Below are positions 26,313 to 39,749 of a DNA stretch of 64,000 nt, in pieces. The stretch lies in assembly GCA_038087875.1 (NCBI GenBank), contig CM075988.1, positions 23,128,001 through 23,192,000 on the forward strand, in the 5' to 3' direction. Positions within the stretch are counted from its first letter, which is position 1. Every line of letters starts with the position of its first letter. Source of the stretch: Malacoraja senta. Taxonomy: Eukaryota. The notes under the pieces were generated by a model, which saw only the letters and a list, made by a program, of their open reading frames with translations, was not told the DNA's origin and searched no databases. A program made the position numbers and the translations under genes.

Positions 26313-27637
26313 TAGTACAGCTTTAGAAGTTGTTAGTGAGGCTGCATTTGGAGTGGGATTTTTGGGGGGGTTTCTGGTATGACTGTACGGTAAATAAAAT
26401 TTCACTGCACCTTAAATGGTGCACGTGACACATAAAAGACCATTGAACCATTGTGTTCATTTTGGTCACCCGATTATAGGAAGGATGTTGTTAAGCTGGA
26501 AAGAGTACAAAGATTTATGAGGATGTTGCCAGGATTCATGGGGTTGAGCTATATAGGGAGAGGTTGGGCAGACTACAGCTTTATTCCATGGAGCGCAGGA
26601 AGCTGAGGGGTGAGATGGGTATGTTTAAAGAGACTATCAGATAGGTATGTCCATATGCAGGGAATCGAGGGGTATGGATTATGGGCAAGCACCTAAGAGC
26701 TGGTCTGGGCATTATGTTTGGCATAGACATTGTGGGCTGAAGGGCCTGTACCTGTGCTGCACCGTACTGTTCTACGATCTATGTTGGTGGCTGGGAATAC
26801 ACAAGCACTGAATGAAAACAAGGCTGTAATTTGATAGAATGGTGTATGTACAGGTGTGATTAATGGCTTGCAACTTTAGAATAAGCTTTCTGCTGATGTG
26901 CAAATCCATTGAAGGTTTCTTGGAAGTGATTACCATGTTAGAATTCAACCAAAGCGTTCATAGTGAACCATGTGAGCCAGGATTAGACCGTCGCTTTCAT
27001 CTCTGGAACAATGGTAATTATAATTAAACAGCTTTCACTTTAAATCTTATTGTGTTTAGTATTGATGAAGGATTAGTTGCAGATGTGGAATTATCACATT
27101 GCCATTATGTATAGTGATGCGTCAGACATTATTAAGAAATAATCTTAAGAACATTTTATCTGCGCACAATAAAATATACAAATTTGAACCAAGAGTCCAG
27201 TTAAGCCATTTGTCAATGTTACAAAAGGTAGCAGTGTTGGTCATACCCAGGCCTTGTGCCATTTGGAAGATGTTTTTAAAGGCATTATAATTCAATATAA
27301 TAAAACCATGAAATGGTTGCTCTAATGCAGCTTTGGAGGGTTTGATTGCATGGTGATGATTGAGGGCAGAGCAGCAGTGGGTTAATTGGCTTGGTATTAA
27401 AACAAATGTAAAAATTGTCCCTCGTGTGTGTAGGATAGTGTTAGTGTGCGGGGATCACTGGTCGGTGCGGACACGGTGGAATGAAAGGCCTGTTTCTGCA
27501 CTATATCTGTAAACTAAACTAAACTAAACTAAGCAACAACTAGCTAAGAGAGGCATTCGTGTACTTCCAAGCTGGTCTCGTGACTTTGATCATTGGGCGA
27601 TGGAGGTGTGTGGAGGAAATGTCATTTATGTCCCAGT

Positions 27638-28278
27638 CAATAGACAATAGACAATAGACAATAGGTGCAGGAGTAGGCCATTTGGCCCTTCGAGCCAGCA
27701 CCGCCATTCAATGTGATCATGGCTGATTATCCCCAATCAGTATCCCGTTCCTGCCTTCTCCCCATATCCCTTGATTCCGCTATTTTTAAGAGCCCTATCT
27801 AGCTATCTCTTGAAAGCATCCAGAGAACCTGCCTCCACCGCCCTCTGAGGCAGAGAATTCCACAGACTCACCACTCTCTGTGAGAAAAAGTGTTTCCTCA
27901 TCTCCGTTCTAAATGGCTTACTCCTTATTCTTAAACTGTGGCCCCTGGTTCTGGACTCCCCCAACATCGGGAACATGTTTCCTGCCTCTAGCGTGTCCAA
28001 ACTCTTAACAATCTTATATGTTTCAATGAGATTCCCTCTCATCCTTCTAAAACTCCAGAGTGTACAAGCCCAGCTGCTCCATTCTCTCAGCATATGACAG
28101 TCCCGCCATCCCGGGAATTAACCTTGTAAACTTACGCTGCACTCCCTCAATAGCAAGAATGTCCTTCCTCAAATTAGGGGACCAAAACTGCACACAATAC
28201 TCCAGGTGTGGTCTCACTAGGGCTCTGTACAACTGCAGAAGGATCTCTTTGCTTCTATATTCGATTCCTCTTGTTATA
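27638..28278 (-). mobile_element. CR1 LINE 3' end
   Basis: YRALVRPHLEYCVQFWSP motif with a frameshift; (CAATAGA)n tail. Confidence 0.9.
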
Positions 28279-28780
28279 AACCTTAAGTGGCCTTAAGTGT
28301 CATAACCTTAAGTGGCCACTTTATCCAGGAGACTCATGAGGAGGTCCTTCGAGTTTCTCGTCACCTTCTGCACAGAGTAATCTAAGATCGGGAGGGAGTG
28401 ACCGGAGGACGACCAGCATTCAAGGAAGATCTCCAGCAAATATTGAAAGACAAATCATCTGACACAAAGAGAGACACAAAAGCTGGAGTAACTCAGCGGG
28501 ACAGGCAGCATCTCTGGGGAGAAGGAATGGGTGACGTTTCGGGTCCAGACCCTTCTTCAGACTGAGTTCCGGTCTCGACACAAATCGTCACCCATTCCTT
28601 CTCTCCAGAGATGCAGTCTGTCCCGCTGAGTTACTCTAGCATTTCGTATCTATCTTCAGTATAAAACCAGCATCTGCAGTTCCGTCCTACACATTTCACC
28701 TGACAGTATCTCACTCTCTCTTTACGCATGAAAGGTGCGACGTTCTGAGCTGGAAAGGTTACAAGGCTTTGTGGTTCTCC

Positions 28781-29096
28781 TAAAGGGCCTGTCCCACTGT
28801 ACGAGGCAATTCAAGAGTTCTCCCGAGTTTCCCCCGATTCGAACTCGGAGAATTACGGTAATAGCCATTCGTAGGTACTCGGGGGGGCTCTCGTGGACAT
28901 TTTTCACAGTGTTGAAAAAACTTCACGAGTTACCGCGTTTCCCGAGTACCTGCCGTTAGCGTTACGAGCCGCTACGGGACATCCACGAGCTCCGACGTAG
29001 CCGCTACGTACATTCTACGTACTCACCACGAGTTTGATTTTTTTTTAAACTGGGGAGAGCTCTTGAATTACCTGGTACAGTGGGGCAGGCCCTTTA
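28781..29096. mobile_element. MITE
   Basis: taaagggcctgtcccactgtac...gtacagtggggcaggcccttta. Confidence 0.8.
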
Positions 29097-30092
29097 GTTA
29101 GTTTACTTCACTGCCACGTGCACTGAGGTACAGTGACCCATCACCCACTTATGAATCAGTTGCAAGACTACTCTAGCTCCCTAGATCCCCAGAGGAACAG
29201 AGATCGGCGCAGGATCCCAAGGGAACTTGTCCCGCTTCCAGATGGATTTGCCAATAAAGCTGAAGGGCACAATAGGCAATAAACCATTTGTACAGTGTGG
29301 TTTAAAGAAAGCCAGACAGTGTTATATTTCAAGGCTGAGCGAGAAGTCTGATTTTTATTATTCTTTAAAATAATCTTTGCTACAGCACGGTGGCGCAGCG
29401 GTAGAGTTGCCGCCAGAGACGCGGGTTCGATCCTGACTATGGGCGCTGTCTGTATGGAGTTTGTACGTTCTCCCACATTCCAGTGACATACAGGTTTGTA
29501 GGTTAATTGGCTTTGGTAAAAATGGTAAATTGCCCCTTGTCTGTAGCATTGTGCTAGTATATGGGGATCGGTAGGCCGAAGGGCCTGTTTCCACACTGTA
29601 TCTCTAAATAGAACTAATCCAAAGCATGAACATTGAATACTCCAATTTTGGGTATCAACCCCCTTTCTTTCCCCTTGTTCTCTTGTGTCCCCTCCCCCAA
29701 CCCTGATGTGCTCCCATTTTTCCCACTATCCTGCCTCCTCTCTCTCTCCCTCCCGTCCCTCTACATCTCTCCCACTGGCTTTACCATTCATTGTCACCCT
29801 CTCGTCTCCTTTTCATGTCTAGTCTTTGTCCACCCTTCTGCCAAAGCCCCCTCACCTGCATCCACCTATCACTTGCCACAGTATCCTACACACACTAGGG
29901 ACAATTTACAATTATACCAAGCCAATTAACCTACAAACCTGCACGTCTTTGGAGTGTGGAAGGAAACAGCCAGGGAACACCCAAGCAGGTCGCAGGGAGA
30001 ACGTACAATCTCCGTACAAACAACACCCGTAGTCGGGATCGAACCCGGGTCTCTGCGACTGCAAGGCAGCAACTCTACCGCTGCGCCACCGG

Positions 30093-30255
30093 TTGGGTTG
30101 TAAGCAGCCCAAGCAGAAGATTAGGTGCAGTTTGTGTGTGGCAATGGAGGATGCCCAGGACAGAAATGTCCGTGTGGGAATGGTAAGCAACCTGGAAATC
30201 TAGCAGGCCTTGGATGACAACACGCAAGTGTTCGGCAAAAACAGTCGCCTGGTCA
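30093..30255 (-). mobile_element. Penelope-like endonuclease remnant
   Basis: Minus strand carries SVLGILHC and HLIFCLGCLQPN remnants in shifted frames. Confidence 0.55.
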
Positions 30256-31401
30256 CACCGAAATGCCAGTTGTGTCAGTCAATTTATTCCTTCAGAAATA
30301 AAAGGTAGAAGGATTGTTTTCTATGGAACATCAGTTGAGGGGAAATTTGATAAAAGTATATAACATTATGATACTTTCAAGAGAGAGCTAGATAGGGCTC
30401 TTAAAGATAGCAGAGTCAGGGGATATGGGGAGAAGGCAGGAATGGGGTACTGATTGGGGATGATCAGCCATGATCACATTGAATGGCGGTGCTGGCTCGA
30501 AGGGCCGAATGGCCTACCCCTGCACCTATTGTCTATTGTCTATGCGAGGCATAGATAGGATAGACAGTCAGAACCTTTTTTCCCAGCGTGGACATGTCCA
30601 ACGCTCGAGGGCATGGCTACAAAGTGAGAGGGGGAAAATGTAATGGGATGTGCGGAGCAAGTTGTTTTTTCAGACAGAGGATGGTGGCTGCCTGGGACAT
30701 ATTGTCAGGGTGGCGGTGGAGGCAGATACGATAGTGGCATTTAAGAAGCTTTTAGATAAGCACATGGACTTTCAGCACATGGAAGAACATGGATCATTTG
30801 CCGGTAGATGAGATCATGTTCCACACCAACATTGTGGGCCAAAGGGGACATTCCTGTGGTGTACTGTTCTATGTACAATGTAACTTGTTGTGCAAGGCCG
30901 GAAAACTTTCTCCCATCTGACTATTAGAACACAGGGGTGGGAGATTGCAACCTTCACGTGGTCCACCCTGTTTCGATTAATGCAATTAATCCGACGTGCA
31001 CCAACAAAAGATCAAATAGAACAATTTGACCTACAACTTTAGGCTGTGCACGCCATATGCAAAAATAAGATTGGAACACAACCTGTCGAATATTTCCAGT
31101 AGTTCCTGAAGAGTTTAAGCCCTCTTCGCTTGACATTCAACGGTTTTATATTTACATGTCCTGCACTATCAATCCTGTTCATAAGTTCATTAGTAATAGG
31201 AGCATAATTAGGCCATTTGGCCCGTCAAGTCTACTCCGCCATTCAATCATGGCTGATCTATATCTCCCTATCAAACCCATTCTCCTGCCTTCTCCCCATA
31301 ACCCCTGACACCTGTACTAATCAAGAATCTGTCAATCTCTGCTTTAAAAAATATCCATTGACTTGGCCTCCACAGCCATCTGTGGCAATGAGTGCCACAG
31401 T

Positions 31402-32278
31402 CTTGGAGTTTAGAAGGATGAGAGGGTTTCTCATTGAAACATATAAGATTGTTAAGGACTTGGACACACGAGAGGCAGGAAACATGTTCCCGATGTTGGG
31501 GGAGTCCAGAACCAGGGGCCACAGTTTAAGAATAAGGAGTTAAGGGCCTGTCCCACGGGCATGCGACTCCATGTGGCAAGCGCGACCTAACCGCAAGCGG
31601 GGGCCGCGCGGGGGCCGCGCGGAGGTCGAGTGATCCCCGTACTGGGCCGGTCCTACCAGCAGCGGCTGCATGCGGCAAGCGCTACCGAATCGGAAGCGGG
31701 GGCCGAGCGGAGGGCGAGTGACGTCAAGATGGTGCATACGGCGTCGAGGCGGTGCGCACGGCCTCGATGCGGCTGCGGGGCGGCAGGCCGTTGCCACACG
31801 GAATTTTTGAACAGGGTCAGTTTTTCGGAGCCCCGCGCGATGTTGGGACCAGCTCCGCACAACTCCATACGGCTCCGGCGATCGAAGTGGGACCAGCCCC
31901 GCGACCTCCGCGCGGCCCCCGCACGGCCCCCCCCTTGCGGTTAGGTCGTCCTTGCCGCATGGAGTCGCATGCCCGTGGGACAGGCCCTGAAGCCATTTAG
32001 AACGGAGACGAGGAAACACCTTTTCTCACAGAGAGTGGTGAGTCTGTGGGATTCTCTGCCTCAGAGGGCGGTGGAGGCAGGTTCTCTGGATACTTTCAAG
32101 AGAGAGCTAGATAGGGCTCTTAAAGATAGCGGAGTCAGGGGATATGGGGAGAAGGCAGGAACGGGGTACTGATTGGGGATGATCAGCCATGATCACATTG
32201 AATGGCGGTGCTGGCTCAAAGGGCCAAATGGCCTACTCCTGCACCTATTGTCTATTGACTATTGTCTACTGTCTATTG
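31402..32278 (+). mobile_element. CR1 LINE 3' end split by a MITE
   Basis: CR1 sequence ...aataaggagt | aagccatttagaacgg... interrupted at about 31540-31990. Confidence 0.9.
31541..31989. mobile_element. GC-rich MITE inserted in a young CR1
   Basis: agggcctgtcccacgggcatgcgactccatg...catggagtcgcatgcccgtgggacaggccct-type long TIRs. Confidence 0.85.
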
Positions 32279-33924
32279 TGAGTCACCGTGGACCATAGGT
32301 CTGATGAGACCACTCATGCAGTGGAGAGAAAGAGGCGTAACAATTTGATCTTGATAATATCTAGATGTTTGCAACTGGAGGGGAGTGAGTCAGTAATGGG
32401 CACCCTGCATTAGTGACTCACCTCTTGACACCCCAATGACTTTCCACCAACTATGAGACACACAACGTCAGGTGTTTGATGGAGTACTTTCCACTTGCCT
32501 GGATGAGTGTAGCTCCAGCGACTCTCCTGAAGTGTCTCACTCTCTGAGACACTTATTTTCTTCACCATTCACCACTCCAGACATTGTCCCCATAGCAGAA
32601 GCGTCCACGTCGCGGGGCTGGAAACTGGAAGTATCCTGAGCTAATTCTGCCACCACCATCATCTACTGCGACAAGTGACGGCTTCCACTGATTGTCGCCG
32701 GAAGCTCGCGTCCTTTTCAGGACGGACGATGACAGCGAGGTCAACATTTGTAACAAGATGGACACGAAAAAAAGAAGTAGACCCCAGACATTCATTCCCT
32801 CCATTGACTCTAATGCCTACCATCTACAACATGCCTTTAAATTACTAACCGAGGCTAATTTCTCCCCAAACTTCAGCATCTATCAGCAAGGATAATAGGA
32901 ATCTGAGGGGTAACCTTTTCACACAAAGAGTGGCAGGTGTATGGAGGAGGTAGTTGACGCTGGGACTATCCCAACATTTAAGTAACAGTTAGACAGGTAC
33001 ATGGATAGGACAGGTTTGGAGGGATGTGGACCAAACGCAGGCAGGTGGGACTAGTGTAGCTGGGACAAGTTGGCCGGTGTGGTCAAGTAGGGCCGAAGGG
33101 CCTGTTTCCACACTGTATCACTCCATGACTTTATGACTATGACAAGGACTTTGTGAGCATGGAAACGCCCTCCACCCAAGCACCAAACTGACCTGGAAAC
33201 CTATCACCAGTTCATCGTTTTAAAGAGTTAAAGAAGGAACTGCAGATGCTGGAAAATCGAAGGTACACAAAAATGCTGGAGAAACTCAGCGGGTGCAGCA
33301 GCATCTATGGAGCGAAGGAAATAGACAACGTTTCGGGCCGAAACCCTTCTTCAGACTGATAGGGTGTGGGGAGAAGAAAGGGAAAAAGGAAAAAGGCGGA
33401 GGAGGAGCCCGAGGGCTGGGGGAGGGGAGGAGACAACCAGAGGGCTGATGAAGGGGAGGGACAGCAAGGGCTAGCAGAATTGGGAGAATTCAACCAGTTC
33501 ATCGTTACTGGGTCTAAATCTTGGAACTCTCTCTCCATTAGCACTGCGGAAGAACCTTCATTAAAGTTACCAGAATTTATGAAGGCTCCCAGCTTTTCCT
33601 GAAGGATTGGGCAATAAATGCTGACCTTGTTCTGATGGAAAAAAAAAAGTCAGTGACCTGGATAGAGTGGATGTGAAGAGGATGTTTCCAGCAGTGGGAG
33701 AGTCTCGGACCAGAGGTCAAAGCCTCAGAATTAAAGGACGTTTCTTTAGGAAGATCAGGAGGAATTTCATTAGTCGGTGTAGGGTGGGGCACCTTGGTTA
33801 GCATGAGCAAGCTGGGCCGAAGGGCTTCTTTCTGTGCTGTTTGACTCTATGACTGTGTGACTCTATAATGCAGCTAGTCTCCAGAGCCCTAGATTTGTAG
33901 TTCTATATAGAGGTTGTAAGGTTG

Positions 33925-34320
33925 TCCGTGGATTGTCACCTTGTCGTGGTGGAGAAGCTTGTGTGGTCCTGAGATCCTGAGAGCGATGTCGTCTGGAGCG
34001 ATGCTCCTGGTAGGGTCACCCATAGCGGTAAGGTCGAGGGGGAGGTCCCTGACAAAGAGCAATCCAACCAAGACCTCAACGGTGGAACAGGCGGAGGACG
34101 ATGGCTGACCTTAGTGGAGCGTCACACCGGCTGGGAAGGCGGATGAAGGCTGCAGCAGAAAAGGGTCCCCGGTCGTCTTGGACTCCATGCCACTGGATTC
34201 TGACCCAGATCTGTCAAGGACCGTGTGGTGGCTGTCTGTGCACCAGTCTCCCCACGTTAAGCAAAATCACGCGCAGGCGTCCTCCATGAGAGGACAGTCA
34301 CACTCGTTTCGAGTGACCAA
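33925..34320 (+). mobile_element. RTE-clade LINE 5'UTR-like fragment
   Basis: caccttgtcgtggtggagaagcttgtgtg...cctggtagggtcaccca...cctgacaaagagcaatcca resembles the conserved 5' region of RTE/Rex3/BovB elements. Confidence 0.55.
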
Positions 34321-34689
34321 GGTTGTGCCAATGACTGATTTGGACATGGGATCGCTTCCAGGAATCTCATTAGCAGCTGAGCCGGGGACCAGGGTCAAGC
34401 AATCAAAGGATTGATGAGGATAGAATCTCAGAACGCTAGAGAACTTGGGCCTTGGGCACTACAGGTGGGTGTATTTGCTTGGGAGAGAGAGGGATGGAGG
34501 ACCAAGGGAGAGATGGTAAACATGGTCGATGCTGGTCAATCTTGGGATCTTGCCCAATTTTTTTTTCTCTGACAAAAATTCAAAAGGGGATGTTATCATT
34601 TCATGCGAATCTGATGTTGCAATCATGTTAGATATGCAAATGGGAGTCACATTGGGAAGAACACAAATCAAGTTCCAAAATAAGGCAGA

Positions 34690-34997
34690 ATGGTGGCGCA
34701 GCGGTAGAGTTGCTGCCTTACAGCGCTTGCAACGTCAGAGACCCGGGTTCGATCCCGTCCACGGAGCTGTCTGTACGGAGTTTGTACGTTCTCCCCGTGA
34801 CCTGCGTGAGTTTTCTTCGAGAACCGGTTTCCTCCCACTCTCCTAAGACGTACAGGTCTGTAGGTTAATTGGCTTGGTATAAATGTAAAAATTGTCCCTA
34901 ATGTGTAGGATGGTGTTTATGTGCGGGGATCGCTGGTCGGTGCGGACTCGGTGGGCCGAAGGGCCTGTTTCCGTGCTGTATCTCTAAACTAAACTAA
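34690..34997 (+). mobile_element. V-SINE (HE1-like)
   Basis: A-box tggcgcagcggta, B-box gggttcgatcc, V-domain, (AAACT)n tail. Confidence 0.88.
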
Positions 34998-37026
34998 AAT
35001 AACTCAAAATAGCCTGTATTTCCCTCTATCCACAGTACTTTCTCAAACTCTGAAATAAAAAGTGCCATGCAATTACATTTCTAGGCCCACATTGTCAAGA
35101 CCATAACCTACACACCATGTCAGCAATGCTCGTCTCCCAAGAGAGAATTAATAATAACCTACTGTAGATGTGACTCATCACACAAGTGGAACAGTTCCAC
35201 CTTCTCCGAATCAAGCAGTTGATGCTGAGGATTTCAAGTCCGATTTGAGCTGTGTTTCGCTTTCATTTCTCGCAATGCCGGACATACCTGTGGAGCAGGC
35301 TAGGAGATGCTTCCAACTACAACACTAATATATCTGGTTCTTTAGGAAGTCCATTCACTCCATCTTTAGGAAGTGCAGCTGAGGAGGTAGTTGAGGCAGG
35401 TAGTATCTCAACGTTTAAGAAACATTTAGACAGCTACATGGATAGGGCAGGTTTAGGAGGATGTGGGCCAAATGCGGGCAGATGGGACTAGTGTGGATGG
35501 GACATGTTGGCCGGTGTGGGCAAGTTGAGCCAAAGGGCTATTTCCATGCTGTCTGGCTCTATGATTCTATTGCCTGACTACTTTTCCGCTCCTCAAATTC
35601 TAGTGCCGGTCATAGTTACCTCCACTCTCATCTACTCCATGCTTCTTCTCGGGACCCCGCTACATCTTGACATTCTGACAGTCAGGTTCAGATCTGACCA
35701 CGGTCTTATCCTTCTCTCCATTGCCACAATCCTCTGAGATCTCTGCATTCCTAAATCATTCTGATTCTACAAACCAGTCCGAAGAAGGGTTCCGACCCGA
35801 AACATCACCTATTCCTTTTCTTCAGAGAGGCTGCCGGACCGCTGAGTTACTCCTGGATTTTGTGTCTATCTTCCTAAATGATTGACAGTGAAATTAGCCC
35901 CATGCCTTAAATTTCCTTCCTTAAACCACTCTGCGTATCTCTAATCTTTGACACTTCTCAAAGCCTTCTTTGACTGAGTCCCAATTGAATGTACACTTTC
36001 ATAAGTTCATAGGTTCAAGCCATTCAGCCCATCAAGTCTACTCTCCCTTTGAATCATGGCTGATCTATCTTTCCCTCTCAACCCCATTCCCCTGCCTTCT
36101 CCCCATAACCCCTGATACCTTTACTGATCAAGAATCTGTCAATCTCTGCCATTGATTTGGCCTCCACAGCCATCTGTGGCCATGAATTCCACAGATTCAC
36201 CACCCTCTGACTAAAGAAATTCCTTCTCATCTCCTTCCTAAAGGTACGTCCGTCCTTATATTGAGGCCATGGTCTCTGGTCCTAAACTCTTCCCACTAGT
36301 GGGACATCCTCTCCACATCCACTCTATCCCAGGCCTTTCACTATGTTGGCTAATTTTGTTATGCGAGCAGATGTTGGTGAAATCTACCAATGTCATGGCA
36401 TACAGCCTTCTACTGAGATTTATCAGATTGTCTGAACTCTGAATATTCTCCTAATTTCTTTGCTAACTCTCACTGATCGTCAACTGGGCCTGTTCACTGT
36501 TTTCTCTGAAGTCAACGCAGCAGCAGCAGCAAGACAGGGCGGCAGGAAATGAGTGCAGATGATTCTCAGAAATATGTCACTACGGACCATATAAGTCACA
36601 GGATCCCCTCAAGAACAGGAAATGGGAGGTCAATGCTTTGAGGTATTGTGGTATACCCTCAGAACAATATCAAAGGTGGCGACTCATGGAGGAAAAGGTG
36701 TGTGCACAGTTTAGCTGTCGGAATGATCCATTCACCATCGGAATTATTCACGTTGGCGAGACGATCGATGCCGGGGTGATTCACGGCTTCGAAGGAAAAT
36801 GATGGTCAATCTTCTCCAGTGGCAATTGTCACATGTCGGGTAAAGGACAAGCCAGAAGCAAACGTGATAAGAGTAACTGTTTCCAACTTGAACTGACGGT
36901 GGCTGTGTGTACGATCGTGAGTCATGGCTCTGCTTGATCCTTCTAGGTGCTGGGCATAGCAAGGGTCAGTGAGTGGGCATCCCAATACATTCATCTACAC
37001 CAAATATTAGTAGAAACCAGTAAACT

Positions 37027-37310
37027 CACTCTCTCTCTCTCCCTCTCCCTCTCCCTCCCTCTCTCCCTCTCGCTCCCTCTCCCTCCCCCTCTCTCTCTCT
37101 CCCCTCTCTCCCTCTCTCTCCCTCCTCTCTCCCCTCCCCCCCTCTCTCCCTCTCCCTCTCTCCCTCCCTCCCTCCCTCCCTCTCTCCCTCTCCCTCTCCC
37201 TCTCTCTCTCCCTCTCTCTCTGTCTCCCTCTCTCTCTCCCTCTCCCTCTTTCCCTCCCCCCCCTCTCTCCCTCTCTCCCTCTCTCCCTCTCTCCCTCTCT
37301 CCCTCCCTAA
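37027..37310 (+). repeat. Polypyrimidine (CT/CCCT) low-complexity tract
   Basis: About 280 bp of almost pure C/T. Confidence 0.95.
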
Positions 37311-39322
37311 CTCTCCACGTCTCTCGGGGAGAAGGCAGGAACGGGTACTGATTGGGGATGATCAGCCATGATCACATTGAATGGCGGTGCTGGCTCGAAG
37401 GGCCAAATGGCCTACTCCTGCACCTATTGTCTATTGTCTATTGTCTCTCCCTCCCTAACTCTCTGCGTCTAACTCTCTCTGTCTTCCTCTCAGTCCAAGG
37501 TAATATTTTAACGTTAGGACATAGTTGGCAAGAGCTGCACCAGGGCTCTTGGAACAGCTGTAAAAACAAATACCGCAGATAAGAGTGTCTGAAGATGCAG
37601 AGGGAGAGGCGAGATAGCCTGGGATGATACGGGACCTCCAGCCTTCCTGCACACAGTGGGTTCCATGTAACCAGTTATTGTTGATGGCATCATTTCCAAC
37701 TCCTTATCTTTACTTCAGTGATTCTGATACCATCTGAAGCGACCAGACAATGATTCTAAAACACCAGTGTCGGCAAACACACACACACACACACAAGATG
37801 CCTGAGCTACCACGTTAGGTGCAGCACAGGAAGTTGATATTTAAAGAAAAATGTAATTTAATTTTAAAAAAACAAGGTAAAGAATCATTTTAAACCTTCC
37901 ATTATTTAGATATACTGAGACATACAGTCCTGCAGCTCTTTGGGCTAACGGAATCAAGGGATATGGGGAGAAAGCAGGAACGGGGTACTGATTTTGGATG
38001 AACAGCCATGATCATATTGAATGGCGGTGCTGGCTCGAAGGGCTGAGTGGTCTACTCTTGCACCTATTTTCTTCAGAAGGGCAGGCACCAAAAATGTACA
38101 CAGTACAGAGTCTAAAGAAGGGTCGAGACCTGAAACGTCACCCATTGCTTCTCTCCAAAGATGCTGCCTGTCCCGCTGAATGACTCCAGCATTTTGTGTC
38201 TATCTACGGTTTAAACCAGCATCTGCAGTTCCTTCCTACACAAAGAATCATTTTAGTTGTGTACATTGTAATCAATACTGTGTTCAGTCAATACATTTAT
38301 GTAAAGCACAGTGTTATGTAAAGAACTGTGTCATGTTGGTCAATGCTTGAGGCTCCTTAAAATAGTTTCAAGTAGTTATTCCACCTACGGCATGTAATTT
38401 AATATGTTTGGACCTGTTAAATAAGCAATTCAGTTCACACATGTCTAACTTGGTATTCACTGTGCAGGCAAAGCACTGGGTAATCAGTGGTCGGAATGGA
38501 CTCGGTGGGCCGAAGGGCCTGTTTCCATGCTGTATCTTTCAATCCATCAGTCCAGTTGAAAACGGCAATAGCTTTATAGTGGTAACAGGAATGCTGAGCT
38601 TGCTCCCGGAGAGGGGCCTTTCAGTAGGAGCTCTGCGTCAGTCTCTGTTATAAGGTCATAAGTGATAGGAGTAGATTAGGCCATTCGCCCCAACAAGTCT
38701 ACTCCGCCATTCAATCATGGCTGATCTAACTCTCCCTCCTAACCCCATTCTCCTGCCTTCTCCCCATAACCCCTGACACTTTGCTTCACTGAGAACTGTA
38801 GGCATGGTGAAGATTCTACCCAGCACCATGGCAGATGAGTTAAATTGTTAACAGGCAACTGAACCATCCTCTCACCAATTAGAGTGGTCCTGACCTCGCA
38901 TGTACCTCATTGGAGACCTTAGAACTATCTATGTCTGAAGAAGGGTCTCGACCCAAAACGTCACCTATTCCTTCGCTCCATAGATGCTGCCTCACCCGCT
39001 GAGTTTCTCCAGCATTTTTGTCTACCTTCGATTTTTCCAGCATCTGCAGTTCTGTCTTAAATAAAACTTAGAACTATCTTTAATCAGACTTTACGGGACT
39101 TCATCTTGCACTAAACCTTATACCTTTTATCCTATATCTGTACACTGTGGACAGCTCGATTGTAATCATGTATAGTATTTTTGCCGACTGGATAGCACGT
39201 AACAAAAATCTTTTCACTGTACTTTGGTACACGTGACATTGAACTAAACTCAACTCAATAATCCCAGGTGACTTGCTGCTCAGCCGATTGTGACAAGCAG
39301 AGGCGTCGTGACTCACTGCCGT

Positions 39323-39749
39323 TATTCACTGGAGTTTAGAAGGATGAGGGGGGATCTTATCGAAACATATAAAATTATAAAAGGACTGGACAAGCTAGAT
39401 GCAGGAAAAAATTTCCCAATGTTGGGTGAGTCCAGAACCAGGAGCCACAGTCTTAGAATAAAGGGGAGGCCATTTAAAACTGAGGTGAGAAAAAACTTTT
39501 TCACCTAGAGAGTTGTGAATTTGTGGAATTCCCTGCCACAGAGGGCAGTGGAGGCCAAATCACTGGGTGGATTTAAGAGAGAGTTAGATTAGAGCTCTAG
39601 CGGCTAGTGGAATCAAGGGATATGGGAGAAGGCAGGCACGGGTTATTGATAGGAGACGATCAGCCATGATCGCAATGAATGGCGGTGCTGGCTCGAAGGG
39701 CCAAATGTCCTCCTCCTGCACCTATTTTCTATGTTTCTATGTTTCTATG
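39323..39749 (+). mobile_element. CR1 LINE 3' end
   Basis: YSLEFRRMRGDLIETYKII motif; (TTTCTATG)n tail. Confidence 0.88.

Noticed and set aside
36947..37351. 134-aa Leu/Ser/Pro ORF
   Set aside because: Translation of the CT low-complexity tract.
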